Notes: generated by a model from the sequence alone, not told the origin. Numbered from the stretch's first letter, positions 1 to 11,468 are shown. The stretch: DNA of 64,000 nt from Octopus vulgaris (GCA_951406725.2 OX597815.1:63550001-63614000), one strand, 5' to 3'. Translations and numbers: made by a program.

Positions 1-51
1 CTTGTGCCTAAAGCACAAAGGAGTATTATTAATATTGTTGTTGTAATAACT

Positions 52-250
52 GTTTCAAATTTTAGATCAAAGGTAGCAATTTTATACGGCAGAGATTAGT
101 CTATATCATCAACCCCAGTACATGACTAGTACTTTATTTCATTGACCTCTCCTGCCCTCTCCACTAAAGGATGAAAAGCAAAGTTGACTTTAGCGTTGTT
201 TGAACTCGGAACGTGAAAATTCTGGACAAAGAGCGTAAAGCTTCAACAAT
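52..250 (-). mobile_element. tRNA-derived SINE, family C (Nin/Deu-like core), decayed
   Basis: Reverse complement matches the family consensus seen at 39972 and 46129 (gttcaaa...gtcgactttgcctttcatccttt...taaaataagtac). Confidence 0.7.
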
Positions 251-420
251 TCTGTCAATCCACCACGACCACCACTCCAGCACCAATACCAACAGCATCG
301 CTACTACTTTTGCTGCTGCTGCTGCTGAAGTTGAGTATGATAGACATATACTTGTAGCTAAAGAAACAACTATATGTTTATGTATGTTGTTACGCTACCC
401 ATCAGTATTGCAATCACAAT

Positions 421-858
421 CTTTTATCTTTTATCCTTTAATTGTTTCAGTCATTTAACTGCGACCATGCTAGAGTACCGCCTGGGAGGATTTTACTCGA
501 AGAAATCGATCCCAGGACTTATTTTTTAAAGCCTGGTACTTATTCTATCGGTCTCTTTTTACCGAACCGTAAAATATGCAGACGTAAACACACCAGCACC
601 GGTTGTCAAGTAGTTGTGGGGGACAAACACTGACATAAACACACACACACGAATACATGCACACACACACACACAAATATATATATACATATATATATAT
701 AGGACAGGCTTCTTTCAGTTTCCGTCTATCTAATCCACTCACAAGACTTAGGTCGGTCCGAGGCTATAATAGAAGATACTCAACCAAGGTACCACAAAGT
801 GGGACTGAACCTAGAACCATGTGGTTGGGAAGCAAGTTTCGTACAACACAGCCACACA
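421..858 (-). mobile_element. Composite tRNA-derived SINE, family A/B (tRNA head + internal microsatellite + 3' module)
   Basis: Head (gtggctgtgt...ggttcagtcccact...ccttgg) at 701-858 on minus, (CA)/(TA) spacer, tail module 421-640; same layout as 47795-48097. Confidence 0.85.
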
Positions 859-1032
859 TGCAGAGATTTTCCACGAAAACTTTTCATTGCTACAGTGTAT
901 CCTAAATTTTGGAACACTGCGTGACAAGCTTTTGTCAGATCGATTCCTTCCATTACGTGTGAAGGGTGAGGCTCATGTATTTATACGCGCATGCTTGTCT
1001 TTGTTCTTATGTTTCCACTCTCCATCAATATT

Positions 1033-1059
1033 CTGATAAAGGAAAATACTTGAAACGTC
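1033..1059 (+). ncRNA. Degenerate minimal hammerhead ribozyme relic
   Basis: ctgataa-agg-aaaata-ctt-gaaa-cg-tc: core with G8>A, helix II, ACGT palindromic helix III, GUC; helix I not evident. Similar string at 3552-3578. Confidence 0.4.
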
Positions 1060-1658
1060 TTTACTAACTTCTCTGAGCGTCAAATAAATAATATCTGCAT
1101 GCATGTATGTATGTATGCACACACATATGTATGTACCAAAAGAATGTGTTATAATGCTATTCCACTACCATACCAATAATGCAACATACGTCCATCATCA
1201 GCTGCCCCACCGATATCATTATGGTTTCGACACCTGGGTAGTACCATTCAATCGGGCGGTCAACAGTAATAAAATAAGTTTGGGAACAAACAAACAAACC
1301 TAAGGAACCATAACTTTCAAACACATTTACCCATTATACAACCGTATCGTTAAATATATTCCATAAGTAACTTACAACCCCGTCTAAATACGTAACTAAA
1401 CAGCGACAACTCTATTAAGTCATAAAAAATTATATTCCCTACCGTATGTTAAACAAACTATCATCTTGTTAGTGTTGCTGAAATTGCAAGGAGCCTTAGA
1501 TCTAGATTAGAAACTGGGCCTTTCTACATTTAGAAGAAATCGGGAAACAAAGCCAAATAGTAACATACATACGTACACTCATACGTAAACATATACATAC
1601 ATAGACATCTGGGCACACATACAAGAACATATGTGTCCGTAGGGGATAAAGATCACAC

Positions 1659-1695
<37 letters not shown>

Positions 1696-2231
1696 AACAC
1701 GCGTGCGCAAACACACACATATATATTAAATTAAAATAGTCATCTATATAACATATTCAATATACACATACGCTTGATAGGCCAGCTACTGCATTATTCA
1801 TACTAATGTAATATCTCTTAAGGCCGTGTTATGTTAAAAACACTATTCCTATAAAAAGATGAAAATTAGCCCCACCTGCGGCAAGTTGAAGGCCAGGTAC
1901 ATTTTAGCCTTTTGGGGTTTCCTCAATGACGTGTAATCGCAGCCATCTTTAACGAGAAATTTTCGCTTCCGATTTGGGAAACAGTGAATAAAATTTTCAC
2001 TCAGTTGTGGCCATATTCAGCCTGTAAATGATGGAGTTTGTTTTCGTGGCAGACGAAAACGAACGACATCATTCACAATCACCAAGAATGCACTTTCACA
2101 CACATCTAAGTGGAAAATATTCTCTAGGAACTGTCTCCACAGCAAAAGTTTTTATTACATACGAATATACTTGAACGTGTAACATATCAAAAGTATTTTT
2201 TTTCTATTCAACACTGCTTCGTGTGATATTA

Positions 2232-2392
2232 GGTATAGCTGTGTGGTAAGATGCTTGCTTCCTAACCCCAGGCTTCCGGGTTCAGTCCCACAGCGTGGCA
2301 TCTTGGGCAAGTGACTCCTACGACTGCATCGGGCCAAATATCGCCTTGTGAGTGGATTTTGAAGATAGAAACTGAAAGGCGTCCGTCGTATA
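2232..2392 (+). mobile_element. SINE family A head
   Basis: gctgtgtggtaaga...ccgggttcagtccca...ttgggcaagtg...ccttgtgagtggattt...aactgaaag, ending in (TA)n. Confidence 0.85.
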
Positions 2393-2686
2393 TATAAATA
2401 TATGTATATGTCTATGTGTGTATCTTTATATATAAATAAATAATGCGGGTTTTTTTTCAATTGCATGAACTAAAAGTCAGAGGGGGACGGGACAAACAAC
2501 TTGCATCAATTTGGAATAAAAGCAGGTAGTGATTTTACTATGTGTATATATATATATATATATGAATGTAGATATATTTATGTATAAAAATATATATATG
2601 TGTGTGTATGTATATATATATATGTATATATATGCACATATATATATGTACATATATATACATATATATATGTGTACATACATACA

Positions 2687-2742
<56 letters not shown>

Positions 2743-2765
2743 GAGGTCACAATACGTGTATTAAA

Positions 2766-2818
2766 GCGCTACTAATAGTTTCATAAGTTGAGAGAATTCA
2801 AACACATTGTTCAGGCGC
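2766..2818 (-). ncRNA. Minimal type I hammerhead ribozyme, core mutated (G8>C)
   Basis: Minus strand: gcgc CUGAACA augug-uuuga...ucaa-cuuau GAAA cuauuag UA gcgc; helix I gcgc/gcgc, helix III acua/uagu. Confidence 0.6.
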
Positions 2819-2865
2819 AGACCACATATGGAATACATTTTTGTTGAATTTTCTCTCGCGGATCA

Positions 2866-2950
<85 letters not shown>

Positions 2951-2982
2951 GTGTGTGTGTGTGTATAGGTATGGCTTGTGGT

Positions 2983-3122
2983 AGGCTCAGACATGGCTGT
3001 GTGGTAAGAAGCTTACTTCACAACCACACGCTTCCGGGTTCAATCTCACTACGTGGCACCTTGGGCAAGTGTCCAAAGCTTTGTGCGTGGATTTGGTAAA
3101 CGGAAACTTAAAGAAGCTCATC
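2983..3122 (+). mobile_element. SINE family A head (internal deletion)
   Basis: ggctgtgtggtaagaagcttac...gggttcaatctcact...gcaccttgggcaagtgt. Confidence 0.8.
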
Positions 3123-3291
3123 TTATGTGTGTGTGTGTGTGAGTGTGTGGGCGTATGTGTGTGTATGTGTGTGTGTTAGTCATCGAAGGAGGATCGGGTC
3201 ATAACTATTGCAAGAATTCAGAGTTTAGTGAGACCACTGTCGCTGAAAATAGTTACAGGTTAATGCTTGCGAAATAAATAAATAAATTAAT

Positions 3292-3385
<94 letters not shown>

Positions 3386-4087
3386 GTGAACTGGAAAGGA
3401 ATCGAAGGGCTGAAATCAAAATGTTTGCGATTTTTCAGAACTCCTCTAACGGTATTCACAGACTAGATGTCCCCTATATTTATCTCTATATAATATCTTT
3501 TCCTGTAATGCATTGTAATATGTTACTATAGACACTAAAAGGTTTTTTCAGCTGAGAAAGGAAAATATTTCAAACGTAAAATTACATTTATCTGAATGAA
3601 AGATATGCCGACTTTTAGGCATTGTCTCACAAAAATTTCAAATTGTTAATTAACTTCGGAGATTATTTTGTGGATATGCAAAAGTATAGGTGATTAAACA
3701 AAAAAAGGGGAAGCAAAGGCCTGGGAATTAAGGGTAAAATTCCTTGTACGATTATGTTGGTGGTATTTAATAATATTCTAAATTATATTTGAAAACATAT
3801 CTGCTACGAGCGTGAGTCTTGTTGCTAAGTAATACATTGACTGCTTACTGAGAGAGCGTTCCAGCTTTGACCATTCCTGCTTTGCTTTTTTCTTCTTTTC
3901 ATTAAGATTACAATTTTGAGCTCTTATTGTCTGTAACCTTTTAAATGCGGATATCTTTGCATGCGCAAAAGTGTCGGCCACTTTTATTTTACATTTTGAA
4001 AATTCTGCCTTAAGCCTGGGAGCAAGATGAGCTCTAATGAGGTACAGAAACACAATATATATATACGTATATATATGTATATATGTA

Positions 4088-4119
4088 TGTCTTCATCTTT
4101 TGATTTCTGTAAATTTGAA

Positions 4120-4155
<36 letters not shown>

Positions 4156-4187
4156 TTCAAATTTACAGAAATCAAAAGATGAAGACA
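4088..4187. repeat. Perfect 34-bp inverted duplication centred on (TA)n
   Basis: tgtcttcatcttttgatttctgtaaatttgaacc-(AT)n-ggttcaaatttacagaaatcaaaagatgaagaca. Confidence 0.9.
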
Positions 4188-4289
4188 GGTGAGTGAACAG
4201 CAAGCAGGTGAATTAGTTTGACACTCGGGAAGAATGTTTGTGTGTGTGTGTGTATAAAAGGTTGAAAAGGAACACATGAGTTGATATGC

Positions 4290-4902
4290 ATAAGGAAAAT
4301 AGGACAAGGTAGAAAATGCTAAAATAATTTTATCATGAAGAACATTTTAGTACCGGTTTCAGTCTTCGCGATTTTTTCAACTTAGAGTAAAGTATGAAAA
4401 ACAATTAAAATGTGGAAAAATTAAATTAAATGTTTTTTTAAATATTTCCATGAAAATTTTCCTTTTTTCTGTCAATCTGTCTCAGTTTTTTACTCTTGTG
4501 AAGGCTTGGTAGCAGGTCGTAGGTAGTAGCAGTCCTAAAAGAATATTTGATATGAGTTCTTAGTTTTGGTTGTTTAAGCAGCAGTAGTAACCGAGGAAGG
4601 AGGCGAAGAAGAAAAAGAAGAAGAGGGAGTGGAAAAAGAAGAGATTCTCTCTCTCTCTCTCTTCTTCTTCTTCTTCTTCTTCTTCTTCTTCTTCTTCTTC
4701 TTCTTCTTCTTCTTCTTCTTCTTCTTCTTCTTCTTCTTCTTCTTCTTCTCCTAAAAAGAATTTCATTAAATTTTTTCCACAATATAATTGTTTTTCATGC
4801 ATTACGCTAAATTGAAAAAGTCGCAAAGTCTGAAACCGGTACTAAAATGTTCTTCATTATAAAATTATTTTAGCATTTTCTACCTTGTTTTTGTTTTCCT
4901 TA
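4290..4902. mobile_element. Fold-back element (about 140-bp diverged inverted arms), each arm carrying a U3-A8 hammerhead motif
   Basis: Arms about 4290-4435 and 4760-4902. Motif ttgaaaa-agtc-gcaa-agtct-gaaa-ccgg-ta at 4808-4845 (+), with its reverse complement at 4347-4384; (TTC)n in the spacer. Confidence 0.7.
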
Positions 4903-5473
4903 TATATATACAAGGTGAAGTGCCTTTTTGTATTTTCACAAGATCTATTTGAGGTGAAACAAAAAAAAAAAAAAGAATAGCGTCACAAAGCGTGATATCA
5001 TATTAACTCTCGCAAACAGAAAGAACGAATCAGAAACCACATATTATTTATTGATGGTCAAATTTATGCTTGTTAGTTTTGCCTTCAAATTTTCCGCTTT
5101 TTTAGCGACCACCCCATATATATGTGTGTGTGTGTAAATTATATGGAATAGCATGTATGCTCTTTTCACTCTTCGAAAAAAGAAAACATTTCTCCAAAGT
5201 CCCAGTACAGTTTTGAAGACATTTACAAACTATGTAGATTTCACAGCTCTTTCAGGAAAATATGGACTCCCAAGTCATTGCAATATCTAGTCCTGTATTT
5301 TGAGGGCCGGGAGGGAAGATTTGGGGCACTATGTAATGGCGCCCTGTTCTGTTGTACACTAAACGATATGTATATATATATATATGTAAACATACAGATA
5401 CAGTCATACACACAAACACGTACATACATACACACACACACATAAATGCATATATATACATTCACACACATAG

Positions 5474-5527
<54 letters not shown>

Positions 5528-5598
5528 TATATAAATGAGAGTGTATGTATGTATGTATCAGCAAATCTCCCAATCACCATCTGTCTCCATCAGGCTCC

Positions 5599-5629
<31 letters not shown>

Positions 5630-6345
5630 TCTTTCTCACTCTCTCTCTCTTTTTCGCCTTCCCCTCGCTCTATACATATTTACCACAATCTTTATCACGA
5701 TTTGCCTGTATATGTATATTTCGTTCGCATAGTGCTCCACCTGCTCTCTTCCCCTTTCCATCTCTCTTTCTCTCTCTCTCTTTCTCTCCCCCCCTCTCTC
5801 TCTCTCTCTCACTTGATATGACATGTAATTGCTTTCATCTTGTGTGAAACTTCGTTGGCGTTATGTTTTCTTTCATTTTATGATAGATAGCTATCGCGCG
5901 GAAAATCCTGTTTTCTGAGTGGGTAAAAATTTTCAAATTTTAAACCTCTAACATTTTAATAATTTTTTTCCTAAAATAGAAGAATCTTATTATTGGATTC
6001 AGCGTGAAAAAGTACATTAAAGTAACGAATCTGAAAATTTTCGCTTAATTTTAAAATTTTAAAATTTGTGGCAGTAATAGAAAAGATTTCTCCCTCTCTC
6101 TTTCACTCTCCCTCTCTATCTCTGTCTTTGTATCTTTTTTATTTATGCTTTTCTCATTGTAAATCCCCCTCCCTCTGTTATTCAAGATTAATCAGCCGAA
6201 ATTGCGAGGATGATCGGGTTCTTAACTGAGGATAGAAAGCTTCGAATGACCCGTCCTTGTTTTTTGTATCGTCTATCTGGATGTTTTGTTGTCCCTTTTT
6301 GTATCACCTAGTTGTCCGGATGTTTTGCGTTCTTGTCCCATTTTG

Positions 6346-6388
<43 letters not shown>

Positions 6389-7135
6389 TACTCTCTCTCA
6401 CTTTTTGTAAATGCATATCGCAAACGCTGAGTGTGTACGCGTGCATGAATATGTGTGTGTGTATTGGGTGGGTGTGGGTGTATGACTGTGTGTAAGAAAT
6501 TTCGTTAGAGCGACAGAATCGTAAGACCTTCAGAAAGCATCGGCAGTAAGCTAAGAAAAATCTTTACAACTATGCACCAAATGAAAAAAACAAAAACTTA
6601 GTTTATCGATATATCATAAATTGCCACAGATAATGTCCAAGTCTGTCCTGACCAGATGGCCTATTCGTTGTAAAAGGCATGGTCTAATATAGAACAAAAA
6701 GACAAAAATTGAAATAAAACCAATAAAGCCAATAGCGAAAATTGACCGGCAACGACGAGGCACACAGCTAGACTGTGTGTGCGTGTATGCGATTTAAATC
6801 ACCGAAAAGTTTTTTCAGCGATTTAAATAATAATTTTTACTGTTATTTCCAGCAAGTAGACATAACTTGTATGTCCTGTGGTTAATTTTAATCCTTCAGC
6901 TATTTATTGCTTTTTGGGCCTGCAATCGCCTATATTTTTGTTTCTGTTATTATCATTTTTCATTGTTATACTAGATAATAATAGATTCGATAATATCTTC
7001 GTAAATATTTTCGGTTGAATTATTTGCTCCGTATTGAAATTATTTTTACACTGGTGGCTGCCATGTTTTGGCGCAAAACGAATCAGTTGCAGCGCAGACT
7101 TCAACGTGATAGGTCGTGGTTTTCCATCGTGGTAA

Positions 7136-7252
7136 CGCGTGCTGAGGAGGGTTAGATAAACTTAGATATGTTTCGACCAAAGATTGGTCCAGGCCATGTC
7201 TAACTTAATAGCATGTTAGGCTATAATACCAGTCCAGAAACCGGTCCACGTG
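7136..7252 (+). ncRNA. Type I hammerhead ribozyme interrupted by a CR1 3' tail insertion in helix/loop II
   Basis: cgcgtg CTGAGGA gg[insert]...cagtcca GAAA ccgg TC cacgtg; helix I cgcgtg/cacgtg, helix III palindrome ACCGGT, GUC site at 7246. Confidence 0.75.
7152..7213 (-). mobile_element. 62-bp extreme 3' end of the CR1 LINE family
   Basis: Reverse complement tgctattaagttagacatggcctggaccaatctttggtcgaaacatatctaagtttatctaa is near-identical to 32479-32541; gttag at both junctions. Confidence 0.9.
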
Positions 7253-7546
7253 ATTCCAAATACTTGAATGTATGCTGATTGTCTTAGCACATTTCTGTAG
7301 TTAACATCATTTTTTCCCCCGGTGATATAAATAAGAGTTTTGGCTGTTATTTCCAGCAGCAAGACACATTAGTATGTCTGATTAATTTTAATCCTTCGGC
7401 TATCTAATGCTTTTTGGGCCTGCAATCGCCTATATTATTGATTCTGTTATTCTCATTTTTAATTGTTACACTAGATAATGATAGAATGATAGAGTCAATA
7501 ATATCTTCGGAAATATTTTCTCCTGGAGTATTTGCTCCGTATTGAA

Positions 7547-7597
<51 letters not shown>

Positions 7598-7603
<6 letters not shown>

Positions 7604-8401
7604 CAATGTTAAAAAATGGCCTTGATAGGCCATTCGACTCACTAGAAAGAGCAGCTAAACTTAAACCGCTAAATAGTTGTAATTCAGAAACCAAAGGAAA
7701 ATAAAAACATTTACCCTTATCATCTTTGGACTATGCATAGTTTCGACATACATATTGGCAAACCGATTTAATTAAATTAAATTAAATCTATTTGCCACTG
7801 GCCTGTCTCGTCACCAAAGAAGCCAGGGAAATATATATCCACGAGGCGATAGTATCGACGCCTCGAGAATATATATTCTAAATTTTCAAAATCTACCGTC
7901 ACCGCACCAACTTATCAGCAGCAAATATAAACTGCTGATTTAATTTCAGAATTAGCCAAAACATCATTAATTAATCAATATCAGGGTAGCAAAAAATTCA
8001 TGAGAAATTTTTCGCCACCAGCGGTCCAGTGAGAAAGAAAAAATAGTAAACAGACTATATAATATACATTCAACAATATTAAGGAATGGCCTTGATAGGG
8101 CATTCGACCCACTAGAAAGAGCAGCTAAACTCAAACCGCTAAACAGTTGTAATTCAGAAACCAAAGGAAAATAAAAATATTTACCCTTAAATGTTTTTAT
8201 TTTCCTTTGGTTTCTGAATTACAACTATTTAGCGGTTTGAGTTTAGCTGCTCTTTCTAGTGGGTCAAATGCCCTATTAAGGCCATTCCTTAATATTGTTG
8301 AATGTATATTATATAGTCTGTTGACTATTTTTTCTTTCTCACTGGACCGCTGGTGGCGAATGATTTCTCTTGAATTTTTTGCTACCCTGATATTGATTAA
8401 T
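7598..8401 (-). mobile_element. Penelope pLTR-like element: partial direct repeat + hammerhead + 430-bp fold-back
   Basis: 7598-7718 is directly repeated at 8068-8188; 7970-8183 and 8188-8401 are near-perfect inverted arms with a 4-nt loop; starts at (TA)n. Confidence 0.85.
7723..7820 (-). ncRNA. Type I hammerhead ribozyme with long helix II, C3>G
   Basis: Minus: ucuuug GUGACGA gaca...uggcaaa...uuugcca...uguc GAAA cuaugcauag UC caaaga; helix III is the 12-nt palindrome ACUAUGCAUAGU. Confidence 0.75.
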
Positions 8402-8561
8402 GATTGCAACTGATTCGTTTTGCGCCAAAACATGGCAGCCACCAGTGTAAAAATAATTTCAATACGGAGCAAATAATTCAAGCGAAAATATATATATTCA
8501 TATATATATATATATATATGAATAAAAAATGGAGTTAACGCAGGTGAAATCAAATATTTTT

Positions 8562-8647
8562 ACTTTCGACACATGTTTCGAAAATTCCACTGATACTATT
8601 CAAAAGAATAAATGGTATAAACAATGCAATCTTCTCCTCAGGAAAGT
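8562..8647 (-). ncRNA. Type I hammerhead ribozyme, fully consensus core
   Basis: Minus: acuuuc CUGAGGA gaagauugcauug...caguggaauuuuc GAAA caugug UC gaaagu; 6-bp helix I, G10.1-C11.1, GUC cleavage triplet. Confidence 0.85.
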
Positions 8648-8786
8648 GAAAAAAACGAAACTCGTCAATAAGACATTTTAGTTATATATATATATATATA
8701 TATATATAACTAATGTAGGATAATGCTCGGGACTTGGTGCTTGCTTTTTCCATGGTTATGAATAAGTATTTCACTTATATCTCGCT

Positions 8787-8847
8787 TTGCCGTTGAAGAG
8801 GGGAAAATTTCTTACGAATTAACCCCGAAATTGGACCAATACGGTAA
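8787..8847 (+). ncRNA. Type I hammerhead ribozyme copy 1 (C3>U)
   Basis: ttgccg TTGAAGA gggg...cccc GAAA ttggaccaa TA cggtaa. Confidence 0.75.
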
Positions 8848-9256
8848 TAACGAATTTTTTAGAGATTTCTATCGGTTTGTTTCGAGACGCATAAATTATA
8901 ATGGTTTATTGACAATTATTGTCTTTTTTCGGCATATTTGGCATTAGAATTTTTCTTTTGCCCTTATCTTGTAAATTATTTATAAATTTAACCTTTAAAG
9001 GTATTTTTTGATATGCTGGCCATTGATAAAATTTTTTTCCCGAAAAAAATTTTATCCTACATTAGTTATACATTGAATAGTGTTCACTTCCGGATTCTAT
9101 CACTCTGTGAAAGTTTCTAGTTCGAATCACACGTGTCTCGAGATGTGCTGAAGATTTTTCTATATTGGATATATTTGGGGTACTTAGTTCTGCTCGGGAC
9201 TTAGTGCTTGCTTTTTCCATGGGTATGAGTAAGTATTTCACTTATATCTCGCGTAT

Positions 9257-9316
9257 TTGCCGCTGAAGAGGGGAAATTTCTTACGAATTAACCTCGAAAT
9301 TGGACCAATACGGTAA
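9257..9316 (+). ncRNA. Type I hammerhead ribozyme copy 2, consensus core
   Basis: ttgccg CTGAAGA gggg...cctc GAAA ttggaccaa TA cggtaa; helix III near-palindrome ATTGGACCAAT, AUA site at 9310. Confidence 0.85.
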
Positions 9317-9463
9317 TAACGAATTTTTTAGAGATTTCTTTCGGTTTGTTTCGAGACACATAAATTATAATGGTTTATTGACAATTATTGTCTTTTTTTC
9401 GGCATATTTGGCATTAGAATTTTTCTTCTGCCCTTATCTTGTAAATTATATATATATATATAT

Positions 9464-9786
9464 AAAGACTCCGCCGGTTACGACGACGAGGGTCCCAGCT
9501 GATACGATCAATGGAACAGCTTGCTCGTGAAATTAACGTGCAAATGGCTGAGCATTCCACAGACACGTGTACCCTTAACGTAGTTCTCGGGGATAATCAG
9601 CGTGACACAGAGAGTGACAAGGCTGACCCTTTAAAATACAAGTACAACTCATTTTTGCCAGCTGAGTGGACTGGAGCAACGTGAAATAAAGTGTCTTGCT
9701 CAAGGACACAACGCGTCGCCGGGAATCGAACTCACAACCTTACGATCATGAGCCGAATGCCCTAACCACTAAGCCACGCGCCCTCA
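9464..9786 (-). mobile_element. tRNA-derived SINE, family D (Meta/MESC-like core)
   Basis: Minus: A box tggcttagtggttagg, B box gttcgattccc, then tgtgtccttgagcaagacacttt...ccagtccactcagctg; decayed copy at about 45400-45612. Confidence 0.85.
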
Positions 9787-9791
9787 CAATA

Positions 9792-9860
<69 letters not shown>

Positions 9861-9872
9861 AATGTATATATG

Positions 9873-9901
<29 letters not shown>

Positions 9902-9908
<7 letters not shown>

Positions 9909-10445
9909 TAGTTATCGCCATACTAATATGGTAGTCTATAAATATAAGACTAAAGCTGTCGCTGATTAGCTCCAAGAGGCCATCGCCTCTAGCTAGCTAT
10001 TTGACACACGAACCTGCGTCCATTACAAACCTTCGAACAGGGGAGGTCAGCCGCTTCACCTTGCTAGTCAGACATCTGCTGACATGTTTCAGGGTTGTTG
10101 CCCTTTATCAATGCAGCGTAGTCAGACCCGCATGGTGTCACTACTGACCGTCTGTTCGAAGATTTCATTTACCTAGTTACAGTGGAATACATCCAACTGA
10201 AACATGTCTGCAGATGTCTGACTAGCAAGGTGAAGCGGCTGACCTCCCCTGTTAGAAGGTTTGTAATGGAGGCAGGTTCGTGTGTCAAATAGCTAGCTAG
10301 AGGCGATGGCCTCTTGGAGCTAATCAGTGACAGCTTTAGTCTTATATTTATAGACTACCATATTAGTATGGCGATAACTATTAATATCCAGTAACGCTGC
10401 CGTAATCTCCTTTAGAGAGACTTAGTAATTTTAATATTTCCATTA
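9902..10445. mobile_element. Fold-back element with 190-bp inverted arms and hammerhead, in (TA)n
   Basis: Arms 9902-10092 and 10197-10387 are nearly perfect; 104-nt spacer; (TA)n on both sides. Confidence 0.9.
10076..10116 (-). ncRNA. Minimal type I hammerhead with compensatory U3-A8 core
   Basis: Minus: cugca UUGAUAA aggg-caacaa-cccu GAAA caug UC agcag; the opposite arm reads gaaacatgtc-tgcag, which restores full helix I. Confidence 0.8.
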
Positions 10446-10463
10446 TATATATATATATATATA

Positions 10464-10571
<108 letters not shown>

Positions 10572-10755
10572 TGTATATATATATTATATATTATGTATAT
10601 ATATATATGTGTATATGTATATATATTTATATTATGCATTTATATATATATATATACATGTATGTATGTATATATAATATATATTATGTATATATATATA
10701 TGTATATGTACTTATATATTACGCATATATCTATATCTATCTATCTATCTATCTA

Positions 10756-10787
<32 letters not shown>

Positions 10788-10788
<1 letters not shown>

Positions 10789-11175
10789 TAGCAGTATCGC
10801 CCGGCGTTGCTCAGGTTTGTAAGGGAAATAACTATAAAGCATTTTTAGAGAGTTATAGCCAAAAAATAGCAAAAAAATGGAAAAAAAATTATGGTAAATT
10901 TTTTTTTGAGAGTAAAAAAAGGTTGAGTTGCGTCCCCTAGACAGTCTGTGGTTTGTTTTTTTTGATTCTCGACCCCATGTCGAATTTATCGATTTTTTTC
11001 AGAACTGGGGTTAACTTTTCAAAATTTTCGCTGCGTTAGTTTTGAATTATGACATTGGGCTATGTGTGTGTCAAGTTTCATCAGAATCGGTTGAAAGCCG
11101 TGGTCAGGGTGAGGGTACGAGAAAACAGACACACAGAAACACGCACAGACAAACTGCCGTTTATATATAGAGAGA
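10788..11175 (-). mobile_element. Non-autonomous Helitron
   Basis: Minus strand starts TC (tctctctatatataaa) and ends cctgagcaacgccgggcgatactgCTAG with a GC hairpin just before CTAG; sits between A and T in a (TA)n tract. Confidence 0.8.
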
Positions 11176-11399
11176 TATATATGTATGTATGTATGCATGT
11201 ATGTATGTATTAGAAAGGATGTACTTGGGTCACACCCTATTTTCTACTTACCCCCACCCGTGCAACATTACACACACCACTGGGGAGTCGTATGACAACA
11301 CCGCAATACACGACACCACTCCCAACAGGAAGGCTATCGAAGATGTTGTTATTGATTAAACCAGTATGGTGTGGCGGATGTTGCTGCCAGGGGTATTAA

Positions 11400-11418
11400 T
11401 TGCCGTACAGTCGTAGCG

Positions 11419-11468
<50 letters not shown>

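Larger units (their letters stand above)
6840..7548 (+). mobile_element. Tandem direct-repeat (pLTR/retrozyme-like) element with internal hammerhead
   Basis: 6840-7040 repeated at 7344-7548; inverted copy of 7005-7091 at 8405-8491; ends in (TA)n. Confidence 0.75.
8709..9449 (+). mobile_element. Retrozyme/pLTR-like element: two direct repeats, each with a hammerhead, flanked by (TA)n
   Basis: 8724-8979 is repeated at 9191-9449 with high identity; hammerheads at equivalent positions, cleavage sites 469 nt apart. Confidence 0.85.

Noticed and set aside
4031-4052. ctaatgaggtacagaaac hammerhead-like string
   Set aside because: G5 is missing and no helix I or III.
6214-6254. cgggt...CTGAGGA...cgaatgacccg as a hammerhead
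   Set aside because: Lacks GAAA/A15.1-U16.1 and a proper helix I; probably a repeat related to 3181-3210, but the fold is unsupported.
11072-11090. ctgatgaaac on the minus strand of the Helitron
   Set aside because: No helix II or III.
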